A DNA stretch of 64,000 bases, taken from NCBI RefSeq assembly GCF_009834535.1, contig NC_045696.1, positions 101,062,001 to 101,126,000 on the forward strand, given 5' to 3'. Each line of letters starts with the position of its first letter. The stretch's first letter is position 1. The notes beneath the pieces are model-generated. The model was not told the DNA's origin and did no database searches. It saw only the letters and a list, made by a program, of their open reading frames with translations. The stretch is from Camelus ferus. Lineage: Eukaryota. Both the position numbers and the translations under genes were made by a program. Positions 40,682 to 54,851 of the stretch are shown in pieces.

Positions 40682-40936
40682 AATACAAACTTGTGGTTGC
40701 CAAGGGGGCGGGGGGTGGGAAGGGACAGACTGGGAGTTCAAAATGTATTATAGATAAACAAGATTATACTGTATAGCACAGGGAAATATATACAAGATCT
40801 TGTGGTAGCTCACAGCGGGAAAAAAAAGTGACAATGAATATATGTATGTTCATGTATAACTGAAAAATTGTGCTCTACACTGGAATTTGACACAACATTG
40901 TAGAATGACTATAACTCAATAAAAAAATTAAAAAAA
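40682..40936 (+). mobile_element. Young 5'-truncated camelid-type L1 3' end
   Basis: Perfect 11-bp TSD aaagtgacata (40671-40681, 40937-40947) at a TTT|AAAG site; G-tract, AATAAA and A tail. Confidence 0.92.
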
Positions 40937-42017
40937 AAAGTGACATAGACAACCATAGGTAGCAGAAAGGGCAATGCTCTTCTTCTGAGGAGAATTTACT
41001 TGCTGGAGAGAATCATTAATTATTGGTAAGCAAACAGAGAGTTACCACAAGTACTCATTCAGTCATTCAGTCATGTAGGAGCTATTTACTGAATGAATGT
41101 GTACTTCTAGGTGTAATTACAAAGAAAAATCAGAAAAGATTCTGATGAGGGGACCAAGGGAAATAAACCCAGGAGACCGCAGGGAAACTGAGCTTCTCTG
41201 ATTCATGCACTAATTTACATCTGATGAAACATTCTGTCAATGCCAACATGAAAGTTAGGAAATAAAAATTTCAAGCCCTATTTTAGTCACTGGAGATAAC
41301 CAAGGTAGCCGAGACATGACAGGCCACAATCCTATTTATAGATTTGATTTGTTTTTTAAGAAGTAAAAAGTGATTCTCCTAAGTCATCTCTATGTCTAGA
41401 ATCAAGCAGTATAGAGGTCACCAGACAAACCTGCAAAGAACCAGGCACGGATTGTTCTCATAACATTGGAGTAAAAGTAAGCCTCTGGTGAAATTTAATG
41501 ATACAATCTTGGTATTTAAATATTTATAAGCAAATAATATTACTTCCTTATTAATGATCCAAAATCCATTAAGAATTGTCTCTTAAGGGAAACAAAAAGA
41601 TCTTCAGAATCTAGAAAAATAATAAAGTCTGGACAAGAGTATTCCCTTATCTGTAATGAAGGGTTATTATGAGTCCCTTAGAAGGAATAAACTGAAGATG
41701 GAAACAAAATTCACTGTAGCATTTGTAGATCTTTAAGGCAGAGGGGTGGGCAAAGGGCTTTATTTTAATCTCATTTGATTCCCATGTCAGTGTTGGAGTT
41801 GATGGACAAGCTGAAGTTTAAACACAAGTATTCTAATGCAAACATCAAATTTCTTTACCACTATATATACTATAGCATTTATCAGTCTATGCATTTACTT
41901 TTTGCATAAAATTAGTAGTCTTCACATATATCAGTTAAAGTTGTGTATTTCACATATTATAAACACATAGATATCCGGGCTGTACAGATTTTACCTATCA
42001 CAGTGACCACACAGCAT

Positions 42018-42597
42018 GGAACTGGAAAATTAATTTCCACTCTACATTTTTGAGTCTTTGTCTGAGAACTCTTGCAATAAAAGACAGATTAATAAGAGAA
42101 AAACAAACAGAAGTTTATTAACATGTATACCTCATGAATACATGGGAGATACCCAGGGAAAGCTAATAATTCTCAGAGAGGTAGCTTTAGAATTCAGGAT
42201 TAAATATCATCTTCAGAGGGAAAGGGGAGTGGGTATGTAGGTCTCTTAGGGGAGAGAAAACGATTTCTAGGAAAGAGAAATGGGACCTTAAAAGAAGAGT
42301 AGGGAGGGGTGATAGTTTGTGTGTGACAGTTTGTCAAGGTGTGGTATCAACTTCTCTTCTGTTCTGTATAAAAGTCAGTCTTCCCAAGGAAGGCACCTAT
42401 GACAACTGAGTTCCTTTGGGAAGAAGTGCATTTAGGCAGGGAAGAGGAGTTCTGAGAAAACCTCTCCCTGTGTTTGCTGTTTTGCAAATGCCTACAGCTC
42501 AAAATAATCAATATACCAAAGCGGCACATTTTGGGGTGGCCCGTCCTGAACTCCTGCAATCAAAATACTTTAGGGTGGCATATCCTGCGACCCTTCA
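42018..42597 (-). mobile_element. MER34/MER31-like ERV1 solo LTR
   Basis: Reverse strand begins TGAAGGG...atatgccaccc...attattttgagctg; aataaacttctgtttgtttttctc near the 3' end. Confidence 0.8.
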
Positions 42598-44449
42598 ATG
42601 TCTACAACTAGTTCTACAGAGATAATTGATATAAAATATTAATATTACTAACACTGGCTAGTTCATGAAGATTTTCATTTGGTAGGGAACTTGTAGGTAG
42701 GTGATGATAATTTTCATTCATACGGCTCCTTTAGAGTATCTTTTCGGTTCACTCACATTAGATCAAAAAAAATTTTTATTCACTCATGTTATTTTTATCA
42801 CTCATATAGCTGATACCCTTGGTTGTTACTTAAAAAGTAATGCAAATTTCCCAGTTTTTATGTGAACTTTCTGATTTTTGAGAAGTTCATAGTAACACTC
42901 ACTCCGTTAGAAAGAGTTTAAATAAAAATCTGAGTAAACCTATACCTGGTAGAATTGGTCCTCATACCATGTTTGTGACAAATGTCTTTTCCCAAATAGC
43001 TTACAAAGGCTTAAAAATAATTGCCTTACTTTCCTCAGCTTTACAACATCCCATAAACCTGCCGTCCCACTGTACAAAGCTGAATAAGCTCAAAGTTGAA
43101 TACAACGTGTAAACTGTAGAGGGAACAGAAAAATAATATACAATTACTGAGAGATTTAATGGGCATATGTAATGTATGACAGTGAATCTTTGCAGAAAGA
43201 ACAAAACAGCATTATGAAGTCGGCATTATGGTGTGAACCTCACAAACGATTTCTATAGCAGTTAAGACGGCATGAACAAAAGCAGCAGTTTGGGCCAGCA
43301 TGGGTAATGCAGCTGCAAACCTCCTCTTCTTTATGAGAGAATAATACATTTGTCAGCCAGTTTGCCTCAAGATATTAGAAGACATAAAGCATGTCACAGC
43401 GGTATATTTTGCTTTATGACAAATGAAAAAATTGAACAACGCTTGCGACATAAAGGTCTTTGGAGAAAGATCCATTTTGTTAAAACCTGTTATTATTTTC
43501 ACCTTGAACCTGCAACATGTGTATATTGAAGTTTGTTTCAGTCATTGTTCATATGAAATATTCAGTCTACATAGAAAAGTGTAGGTTAATGCTGATGCAA
43601 AAACTGAAATTGAGTGTTTCTTTACATAAAATAGTCACATAATAGTAACAAATCGTCATAGACTCATGAGAAAGCACATTTAATACAGGGATTTTAGTGG
43701 TTCATATCAGAATATTTACTGACACTCCTGTGAGACAAATCATTTATAACTGTGGGTACATTACACTACGGAGAGAATAATGACCTCAGCTCAACAACAT
43801 GCACATCTAAAGTGTTAAAATAAAAAACAAACACAAACAGAAGTTAGAAAATAGCATTAATCTAGTGCAGTATTTCTCTACATGCAATGATAAAAATTAT
43901 CTAAGAGCTAAAATGCTCTACAATTATTGGATTTGATGGTTATTAAATATACAGTTCTGTGATAATTTCACTTTCTACCACCTCCTTCCACACAATAAAA
44001 AATTTTCTTTCCCAACTACTTTTCCTACTTTTAGTTTATCTATGAAACTCCATTCTGTTAATCAGTCCCTACACTTCAACTGACTCATCAACTTTTCTTT
44101 TCATTACTTACAGAAGTCCTAAAATCAAACTGTGAAAATAAAGGAATATTGTTTACTTCATTTAAAAAAATAACAATTAATAGTCTCTCAAGGTTCTTGA
44201 AATGCTAAATGACTTATTAACATTCCATTTAAACTCCTGAATTTGTCACACCTACTGGCATTCTGAAATACTCCTTCAGTGAGCACTGAGCTCTTCCATG
44301 AATTCTAGCCCCCACCTCATGCCCAGCTCCCATGGGCACCCACAGCGTAGCTAACAAAAGAGACTGAAAGGACCACAGTGTAACGAAGTATTCTTTAGAA
44401 ATATAATTTAAATTTTATTACATATTTTTGAAATAAGAAACTCGCTTGT

Positions 44450-44574
44450 GGGTGGGTATAGCTCCAGTGGTAGAGCACGTGCTTAGCATGCACAATATCC
44501 TGGGTTCAATCCCCAGTAACACCATTAAAATATGTAAATAAATAAATAAACCTAATTGTCCATCCCCCCAAAAA
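44450..44574 (+). mobile_element. Vic-1-type camelid SINE
   Basis: gggtatagctc...gtggtagagcacgtgcttagcatg...gggttcaatccccag, then taaataaacctaatt tail. Confidence 0.9.
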
Positions 44575-45199
44575 GACTCACTTTTTCTGTATATAGATAT
44601 ATGTGTTTTATATACATCTTTACTTAACAAGTTTTGTCATAGTTACACATTTTATACATCCATTTGATATTTATATACTCTAATTATATGCTGCCTTTAC
44701 ATTAAAAAAAAAAAGAACATGATTTGGGCTTAACCAATAATATTAAGGTTATTATGCTCTAGATTATATGGCAAAGAAAAATAATTCCTCATTAAAAAAA
44801 TCTGAAGAGTACTATCTGCCTAGATAACTGAATTAAACTTGTTAGTTTTTAGTTTTACTCAGTTGATACCAACTTTGGCCAATATTTGAAATTTGACCAC
44901 ATGTATTGTCCACTTAAAATTTTGAATACCTACGATGGAAAGGAAGATGTTAAGTACTCAGAGATAAAAATGACAACTTTGTTGCCTTGAGGGCTTAATA
45001 TAATAGGGAGATAGTGGCAAAACAGTTTCACTGTTTTGGAGAAAGTAGAATGGAGACACACACAAACTGGCATACGAATACCACTGAAGGATTAGCTCTT
45101 CTAACTTCAGTACAAAAGTTGTGGCAATCTAAACAAAGAAACTAAAGCTAAGCCTGTCCCATGCAAGGATATGAGAAACAAATTTATACTAACTTTGAG

Positions 45200-46680
45200 G
45201 CATGGGATCAGTCACACAGAAATAAACAGATAACTAAGCACCACAGAAATTCCTAGGGCTTCAGAAAGCAGCAGAAACAAAATAGCTGTGTGGTGAGACT
45301 TTCAGAGTCCAGGGCATACAGGGATCCTGCAGAAATAACAATTGAGGCAATAATGACTTAGCATCGGACACTATAAATCACTGAATAAAATCCCTATGAA
45401 TGATAAACTAGATACTATACAACCTTAGAACTATAGATAACAGAAAATTTTCAAATAATATTTTTTGAAAATGTTTATTAAGAAGGATTAAAATAATACA
45501 AAAGATAATGCAAGTAATACTGAAAGAACAGGTCAGCCAGGAAAAGCAAGAAGCATATTTTAACTAAACCCAAGTTATAAGAACTTCTAAAAATGAAATT
45601 TAGGGCCATTGAAATTAAAACCTTATTTGACATGATAAATAGCACATTACAATCAACTAAAAGGAAACTGAGTTAACTGGGAAATAGATTAGGAATAAGT
45701 ATAGGGAACAATTCATACAGCATATAAAACAGAGACACAGAGATGTAAAGAGATGAACCTATTCAAGAGAAAACAAAAGACACAGAGAATAGAACAATAA
45801 GGTTTATCCTGTGTTGAAGTGGAATAGAAAAAAAAAAAAAGAACAGGCAAAATACTGAATAGGAAAGAGGCAGTCCTCAAAAATGAATGACGCAGAAGAG
45901 AAGTCTCCCAAGTTAATTAAATCCATAAGTATTTAGCTGAAGGAAGCAGAGTATTGTACAGGATAAAAAAGAACCAATCAATACATTTATCATGGAATAA
46001 TTTCAGGACAGCAGGACAAATTGTCAAAAGGCAAATCAAATGAACTGTAAACATATTACAACTAGACTCACTAGACTTCCGGAAAGCAACAGCAAACACC
46101 TGAAGCTAGAGAAATTAATTCTTCTGAGTGCCAAGGGGAAATAGCAAAAAGTGTAGGAGTCTATACCCAACATATCCATCAATCAAGAATGAAGGTGACA
46201 TAAAATGTTTTAGACAAAGATTGAGAGAGTTTCTCTCTTAGTCCTTCACCAAAAGAACTTCCAAAAAATCTGCTTCAAAAATTAGAGCCAAAAAAAAAGT
46301 GGAATGCTAAACTAAGAAAAGGGTAGATAATTGCTTAAATAAAAACATGTGCTTATTAAAAAGACAGAAGAGACTAAGATTAGAAAATGATTCAAACATA
46401 ATGAAACGACAATTCTAAACAACAACATAGAAATGATATTGGAGTTAAAACATTTCAATGAGCTTGATTATACAGCAGGAAGTAAGTGATTTAAGTGATT
46501 TTAAATTTTGATTTGTTATATCAAATATAGATGACAAAAGCTTTAAAGAAAATTACTAGAAGAACAAAAGTCAAATGTAAATCTGCCAAACCAATACAAA
46601 GAAATAATGACTTAGAAAATAATTGGGTTTAATTTAAATCAGGCAATAAAAACAACAAAACAAATAAGTGTTTTACAAAA
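45200..46680 (+). mobile_element. Ancient L1/HAL1 ORF1-like remnants
   Basis: gaacttctaaaaatgaaa...gaaattaaaa, agttaactgggaaataga, tctataccca, aagaatgaaggtga; A-rich. Confidence 0.65.
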
Positions 46681-47039
46681 TAAATATTTTGTGATTTACA
46701 AATAAATGTTTTACCAAAAAAAAAAAAAAAATGAAGATAAGGCATGGCAAGCAAATGTAGCATTTGTTTGATCAAAAAAGGTCTCAGTAAAAGAGTGACC
46801 CAAAGATTTTAGTTTGGGGAAAGATGGTTTAATCATTTAACCAACACAGAAGTGAAGATATTTTCTACATATTAGGATAACATCTTTCAGAGTATGCAAA
46901 GTAAGGGTGATATAGTTGTGATAACACAACTAAAATAATAGAAAGCAACAAAATAATTTGGAAGAAAAATTTTAAAGTCTGATTAATTCTGTTATAACAT
47001 GGAGTGCTAATTAATGGCTTATTGGCTGTTAAGCTCTAT

Positions 47040-47190
47040 TAGTTTACCCCAGGTATGGCCACTATAATTTTTTCTATTTAATAGATGAACAGAAATTAAG
47101 GTGATGAGAAGTTCAATGGCTTGCAAAGACACAGATGGTAATTAATGGATCGTGGACTCAAATCTAGTTATTTCAATTCAAAAGAATTTT
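47040..47190 (-). mobile_element. MIR fragment
   Basis: atagatgaacagaaattaagg...ggcttgcaaagacacagatggtaattaatgg. Confidence 0.6.
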
Positions 47191-50045
47191 TTAATGGCAA
47201 AATATTAATTAAGACGTATGAATTACAGAACTTTATGATTATTTGATTTTCAGGACCAGCTCCTGGAAATAGCTTGACAGATGTCACTTCTGTCTTTACA
47301 ACAAGATAAAGCTGGAAAAAAATTAAAACAAATGACTTTTCTTTGACCCATTAGAGAGAGAACTTATGCTGCAGGGCAACACCAAACCTGGAGATACATG
47401 CACACCAGGGAGTCACAGGCAAGATCTGCTCATGTGCCTACCTGGAACAGAAGTTACTGGAGTCATAAAGTGGTAGAAAAATGTAACTGGTAATTTTGAC
47501 AAATTTCTGGAGACTGTGTATGAATTAGCTTTAGAGTAACAATATTCTGGGGGCTACAGTCATAAGGGATCCCCAATATATTCATAGCTCTATCTCCAGA
47601 TTCTCAAGGTGAGGATCTGAGGAAGATCGTCTCCTGGCTCTGGCAAGGAGAGAAGAGTAATTATTGTGAGATATGCACAGAGCATTCTCCATATTATATA
47701 GACTCCAGAGGAAGAGATTGAGCAGAGCCTTATCTCAGGTGGGGCAAAAGGCATTTCTCCCATTCTCACTCCCTCTAGCCTTCTTGTCTCACGAAGAGGA
47801 GGTAAGCTATACAACTGAAGAAGGACCTGTGGAAAAGCCCAAAGGTACAGACCCACTAAGAGATGGAAAGTTAATAAACTTGCAGAACACTCGCCATTCA
47901 CCACACCTTACCACCACACCAACAGGGCCCCCAAACATACTATGAATTACAGCTGAAAGGGTAAATACAGACTGTCTCTGGTAAGATGTATTTAAGGAAT
48001 CCCAAAGCCAAGAGGAGAGATAAAAACAAGGACACTAGGGGAATTTGAAGTCTCCTGCACATGCTGCTATAGCAAACATTAAACACAGCCTAACTCCTAG
48101 CCAGGTTAAAATAAATCCTCACAGTAATATACCTTATTTCCTGTTACCCAACACAACACGTCTAGTTGTCAACAAGGCAAGAAAAAGCATAGTCTGAAAA
48201 GACAAACTTAGCAGCAGGACCAGATTCAGATATGACACAGAAGTTTAAATTATCAGATGCAATTTTAAATAACTATGATTAACATGTTACGGTCTCCGAT
48301 GGAAAAAAAAGTGGACATCATGCAAGAGCAAACAGATAATATAAGCAGAGAGACGGAAACTCTAAGAAATGATTTTAAAAGCAAATGAGAGGAATCCAAA
48401 ACACTGCAATAGAAGTGAAAAAAAAATAGTCTTAAAGGGGTTCATCGGTAGACTAGATACAACACAGGAGGGAATTAGGGAGCTTGAAGATAAGTCAATG
48501 AAAAGAAAAAAAGGATGAGAAGGAAAATGGACCATCCAAGAATTGTGGGACAATTTCAAGAGGTGTAGCATATACACAAAAAGAAGAGAGAGGAACGCAA
48601 AAGAAATATTTACTGTGATAAAGACTGAGAATTTTCCAAAATTAATGACAAACACCAAACCAGAGAGAACACCAAGCAAGATAAATACCAAATGAAGTGC
48701 ATTTAGACATATCATTTTGGAATTGAAGAAAATCTTAGATAAAAAAAAAAAAATTGAGACAAACCAGAAGGGAAAAGCCACCTTTCTTATAGAGGAAAAA
48801 AAAGATAAGAATTAGAGCACATTTCTCACCAGAAACCATGCACACAAGAGGATGGTATAAAATTTTTAAAGTGTTGGAAAGAAAAAATTAATCAATAAAA
48901 CACCAGCCTATATCCAGTGAAAGTATCCTTCAAAAGTAAAGGGAAAAATACAATCAGACAAACAAAACTGAATGAATTTGTTGCCAGTAGGACTACCTGG
49001 CAAAAAATGTTAAAGAAGTTTTTCAGGCAGAAGGAAATGACATAGATCAAAAACCTGGATCTCTCTTAAGAAAGAAAGAAGGTTAGAGAAGGAATCATGG
49101 GATACAAGTAAAATATCTATTTTTATATTCCTAAGTAATCTAGAAGATAACTGTTTAAATTAATAAAAGATACAATATATTGGTTGATATAGTATATGGA
49201 TAAGTGAAATAAGTAAGAACAAAATCACAAGGAGCTAGAAGGAGGAACTAGAAGTACTCAGATTTAAGGAAGCCCTAATTATACTAACTAAAAGATAGAG
49301 ATTGCCAGAGTGAGTGAAAAAAATGTGTTAACATATTCTTTATAGGAAATCTACTTAACAATATAAACACTCAGATGGCTTAAAAGTAAAAGGTGGAGAA
49401 TAGGAGAAATATATGCATGCTGTAATTAATCAAAAGAGTATCACCTTATTAATTTCAGAAAAAGGGATGTTTAAATGAGCAAGATTATCAGGGACAAAGA
49501 AGGGCATTACATAATGGTAAAGGGTCAGTTCTTGAAGAACACAGAAGAATCCCAAACATGTATACATGGAACAACATAGCATGAAAAGCATGAGGCAAAA
49601 ACTGATAGAATTAAAAGGAGAAATAGAAAATTCTACTATTGCACGTGGAGAAATTAGACCATGAGTAATTGACAGATCCAGCAGGCACAAAATTAGTAAG
49701 GACACAGTTGAGTTGAACAGCACTATCAATTGACTGGATATATTTGACATTTACAGAATATTTCCTCCAACAACAACAAATTACACATTTTTCTCAAGCT
49801 CACATAGAAAATTCGTCCAAATTTTTTTTCATTTCATTTGAAAAAGATGTCTCCATTACTGGTTACATTAAAAGAATAATGAAGAAAAACTATGATGAGC
49901 TCAATGCCCACAAATTTGATAACTCAGATGAAGTGGATCAATTTCTTAAAAGACAAAAAATAGCAAAATACACACAAGGGAAAATAGATAATCTGAATAC
50001 CCCAATATCTATTAAAGAAATTGAGCATTAATTAATAACCTTCCA

Positions 50046-50240
50046 GGAAAGAAGAAGGAAGGAAGGAAGGGAAGGAGGGAGGGAGAGAAAGAGAGAAAGA
50101 GAGAGAGAGAGAGAGAAAGAGAGAAAGAGAAAGAAAGAAAGAAGGAAGAAAGGAGAGAGACAATGGGAGAGAGACTTGAGGGAAGGGAGGGAGAGAAGAT
50201 GGGAGAGAGAGAGAGAGGAGAAATACAGAAAGATAGGAAG
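50046..50240. repeat. Compound (GGAA)/(GA)/(GAAA) purine microsatellite
   Basis: Directly visible inside L1 ORF2. Confidence 0.9.
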
Positions 50241-50407
50241 GGTTTATAGATTGTAAAGGAAGAAATAAAACTGTTTTCTTACCCAGATAATATAATCAAC
50301 TATGTAGAAAGTTCCAAAGATGCTACAAGAAAACTCCTGGAATTAATAAGGAAGTGTAGCAAGTTTCCAGTATATAAGATTATACAAAAGTCAATTACTT
50401 TCATATA

Positions 50408-51021
50408 CAGCAGTTCTTCCTTATCCATGGTTTTACTTTCTGAGGTTTCAGTTACCAGCAGTCAACCACAGTTGAAAAACATTAAATGGAAAATTCCAGA
50501 AATCAACACTCCATAAGTTTTAGATCATATGCTGTTCTGAGTAGTGTGATGAAATCTTGATTTGTTCTGCTCTGTCCTGCCCAGGATACCCAACTGTCAA
50601 CATCTTCTGCTCTTGACATCAAACCATCGACATCTTCATAGCTGAATAAACCCCCTTCTGACATATCATCAGAAGGTCAGTAGTAGCCTAATGCTACATC
50701 ACAATGCCTGTGCCATTCATCTCACTTCATTTCATCGTACAGGCATTTTATTAGCTCACATTATCACAAGAAAGGTAAGTACAGTACAGTAAGACATTTT
50801 GACAGAGAGAGATCACATTCACATAACTTTTAAGCACGTTGTTATAATTATTCTACTTTAGTGTTATTGTTAATATCTTACTCTGCCTAATTTATAAATT
50901 AAACTTTATTGCAGGTATATGCACAAGAAAAAACAGTATATACAGGGGTCAGTACTATCTGCAGTTTCAGGCATCCACTGGGAGTCTTGGAATGTATCCC
51001 CCCAGATAAGGGGGGCTACCA
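50408..51021 (+). mobile_element. MER44 (Tigger7-family) element nested in L1
   Basis: TA|cagcagttcttccttatcc...gataaggggggctacca|TA; attaaatggaaaattccagaaat; L1 sequence rejoins across it. Confidence 0.88.
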
Positions 51022-53408
51022 TATACCAGCAATGTAAAAATGAAATTAAAAAATTTTAATATCATCTGCAGTACTTCCCTAATGAAATACCTAGAAATAA
51101 AGCTAACAAAATATGTATGAAATTTGTATGTAGAAACTTACAAAATATTGATGAAAGAAATCAAAAACCTACATGGACCCATATACTATGTTCATGGATT
51201 GGAAAAGTCAATATTAAGATAACAACTTTTCTCAACAGATTCATAGATTCAATGCTAACTCAATCAGAATTTCAGCAAACTATTTTATAAATATATATAA
51301 ACTGACCTAATTTTCAAATGGAAAAACAAAACATGCATATAGCCAACAATACCAAAGAAGAACAGTTAAGGAATTCAAAGGACCATTATATTGGCAAAAT
51401 AATTGACATATAAATCCAGAAAACCAGATAGAAAGCTCAAAACAGACTCAGATAAATGTAATCAACTGATTACTTTTTAAAAGGTGCACAGGCAATTGGA
51501 TGGAGACAGAATAAACCTTTCAACAAATAAATATCCATATGCATAAAAATGAATCTAGACACTTAACCTTGTGTCTTGCAGAAAAATTTACTTAAAATGG
51601 ATCAAAGACCTTAAATGTAAAATGCAAAGCAATACAATTTTTAGGAGAAAAATCTATGCAACCTTGGGTTTGATAATTCTTTTTATATTTAGTACCCAAA
51701 GCACGATACAGGAAAGAAAAACATTGACAAGTTGGACTTTATTAAAATTAAAAATTTCAGCTCTGTAAAAAAATGAAAAGACAAGCCACAGACTGCAGAA
51801 AGTAATTGCAAATCACATATCTGATAAAGGACGTACAACCCAAATATACAGAGAACACTTAAACCTAAGAGTAAGAAAACAAACGACCTAATTTAAAAAT
51901 GATCTGAACAGGCAACTTGCCAAGTAAGATATACAGATGGTAAATGATTATATGAAAATATGTTCACCATCATTTGTCATTTGAAAATGTAGATTAAAAC
52001 AACAGTGAGATACCACCACATCCCAATTAGAATGACTAAAGTCCAAAAAACTTACAATATTAATTTCTGGTCAGGATTCAGAGTAAGAGGAGCTGTCATT
52101 AATTGTTTTTGAGAATGCAAAATAGTTCAGTTGCTTTGGATAACAGTTTTGCAGTTTCTTACAAACCTAAACATAATCTTGCCTTAAGATCTGGTAATTA
52201 TGCTACTGGATATTTACCCAACTGATTTGAAAAAGTATGTCCACACAAAATCTGCCTGCAAATATTAGCAACTTTATTTGCAGTCACCAAAAGATGGAAG
52301 CAACCGAGATGTTCTTTAATAGCTGAATGGATAAACAAATTGTAGTCATACATACAGTGGGATAATTTTCGGAGATAAAAAGGAAAGACTTATCAAATTA
52401 TGCAAAAAAGGATGAATTTTAAACATGTTTTGCTTACTGAATAAATCAGTTTTGGTACATACTGTACGATTCCTATTGTATGACATTCTGTAAAATGCAA
52501 AATTGTAGATATTGTGAAGAGATAAGTATTTGCTGGGGTACAGGGGGAGAGGTAAATAGGTGAAGTACAGTGGATTCTTTAGGGCAATTAAAATATTTTG
52601 TATATACTGTGGTGGCAGATACATGATACTATGCATTTTGTAAAATCCATAGAACCTTATAGTGCATGCAAATAGTGAACTTAATGTATACAAATTAAAA
52701 GAAAAATCATGTATTAGACCAGGGGATTTCAGGATGGAAAGCAAAGTATGATAAAACAACCTAACTGCATTACAAAGATGAGAAGTAACCTTAACCTTAC
52801 TGAATGGGGTAGAGGAAAAAGATGCTGATCTAAATAACTATGGAAATGAGCAGAATCCAGAAGATTAAAGTAAAAGGAAGTGTACTTAAGCACTGAACTT
52901 GAAATGATACAATTTTCCCCAAGCATATATAGATCAACAATTCTGAAATGACTACACGTGTAACATTTACTTGAAGAATTAAGTACTTGGGTAATGAATG
53001 GTGGCAGTTGTGTTCTTCACTGTTGGGATGAGAGGTTACAGAGAAGCAAGAGAAGGAGGCTAGAATGATTCATGTGGTAATAAATCTGAGTTGGAGATGT
53101 CAGTACAAACTAATGTTCAGCCTAATACAGATATAGATAGTTACACATGGAAATACTGATTTATGTGTGTGTATATATACACAAGGTAGTATGCTCATAT
53201 ATTTCTTTGCTCTCTCAACTAAGACCTAGAAACAATGATACGTCTGTGAAAATGAAGACACCATGCAAATCTTGATTTCCATGCCCTCTTCCAATAAAAA
53301 GTACCAGGGTTCCTCGCAGAAAGGCTAATTCTAAAATTGGGGTAGGATGTATACAAGATGAGCTCAGAATTTCCTATAGTACCAAAAAGAAAGAAAATAC
53401 AAAAACGT

Positions 53409-53409
53409 A

Positions 53410-53449
<40 letters not shown>
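53409..53449. repeat. (CA)n microsatellite
   Basis: Directly visible. Confidence 0.95.
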
Positions 53450-53451
<2 letters not shown>

Positions 53452-54240
53452 GATGGGGTGTATTAAAAGAGCACAGGAGTTAGCTGAAATAATTCCCAAT
53501 TTTCAACCCTGGAATGATTTGAGAAATAAATTACAATTGGATTATAACCCAAAGTTTATAAAATTATTGATGAGGCAATACCTGTATAAATAAATGCTTG
53601 AATATTTTTTAAATATGGAAAAAACAAATCTATGCAATAGAATGCCTAGTAATTTATTTATATAATTCACCCTCAAGGATTTGGGATGTAACTCCTCATT
53701 CCTTCATGTGGGATGTGCATACTTATTTCCTTCAAAAGGGTACAGCATGGTAAGGAGGATAAAATAATTTTACGGTGGAGCAATCTGAGAAACACAACCT
53801 GAACCAAGTGGTGAATAGTAACATCGACAGTAATGTCACACTGATATTATGTGACGCAAGTGGCGTTTTACTTCCATGATCTTCTTCTCATGACCATGTA
53901 ACTTTAGACTAGTGATGATAAAAACATCAAACAATTGTCCCTCAATGGACATTCTACAAAATACCTGGCCAGCAATCTTCAAAACTGTCAAGGCCATCAA
54001 AAACAAGGAAAGTCAGAAAAGCTGTCGTAAGCCAAGAGGAGTGTAAGGAGACATGAGGGCTAAATGTAACATGTTATCCTGCGTACTATCCCAGAACAGA
54101 AAAAGGACATTCACTACATGCAAAGGGTAGTCGAATGAGTATGGACTAAAGTTAGGAACAATGTGTCCATATTGGTTCATAAATTGTGACATATGTACCA
54201 TAATACAAGATGTTAATAAAGGTGGAGCTTGATTGTGGCA

Positions 54241-54774
54241 TGTGGTAGACAGAGCAACGTTTTCCATAAAGGTGTCCACATCCTAGTCTTCAGAACCTGT
54301 GAATATTCGACTTTATATGGCAAACTGTTGATGCGATAACATTTAAGGACACTGAGATGAAATGATCTTGTATTATCAGTGTGAGCTCAGTCTTACTATA
54401 TAACTCCTTAAAAGTCCTAACTGTGTTGAGAGAAGTAAGACAACAGAATAAGGGCAGGAGTGGTTTGAGGCATGAAAGAAACTTCACCAACTATTGCTGG
54501 CTTGAAGAAGGAGGAACAAACAGAACCATGAACCAAGGCATATATGTGTCTACTAGGAACTAGGAACGACCATGGGATGCATTTTCTCCTAGATCCTTCA
54601 AAACCAGTTCTGCAGACACCTTCATTTTAGCCATGTCAAACCAATGTTAGATTTAAGGACTTCTTACCTACAGAACTGTAAAATAGTAAATTTGAGAGGT
54701 ATTTTTTTTAAGCTGCTAAATTTGTCATAATTTGATATAGCACTAATAATTATAATTTTAAAAGAGCAAATACA
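54241..54774 (+). mobile_element. MLT1D-like MaLR solo LTR nested in L1 3'UTR
   Basis: tgtggtagacaga...gtccacatcctagtcttcagaacctgtgaata...cctacagaactgtaa...aataca. Confidence 0.85.
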
Positions 54775-54851
54775 AGGTTTTACGGGAACTCTCTGTACTA
54801 TTTTCACAATTTTTCTATAAATCTAAAAGCATTCTAAAATAAGAGGCTTGT

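Noticed and set aside
44450..44525. tRNA-Ala-like sequences (five copies)
   Set aside because: SINE tails, TSDs and broken stems show they are SINE heads, not tRNA genes
49744..50031. ORF with real protein similarity (L1 ORF2p)
   Set aside because: Short open piece of a dead, frameshifted and deleted L1; not a host gene
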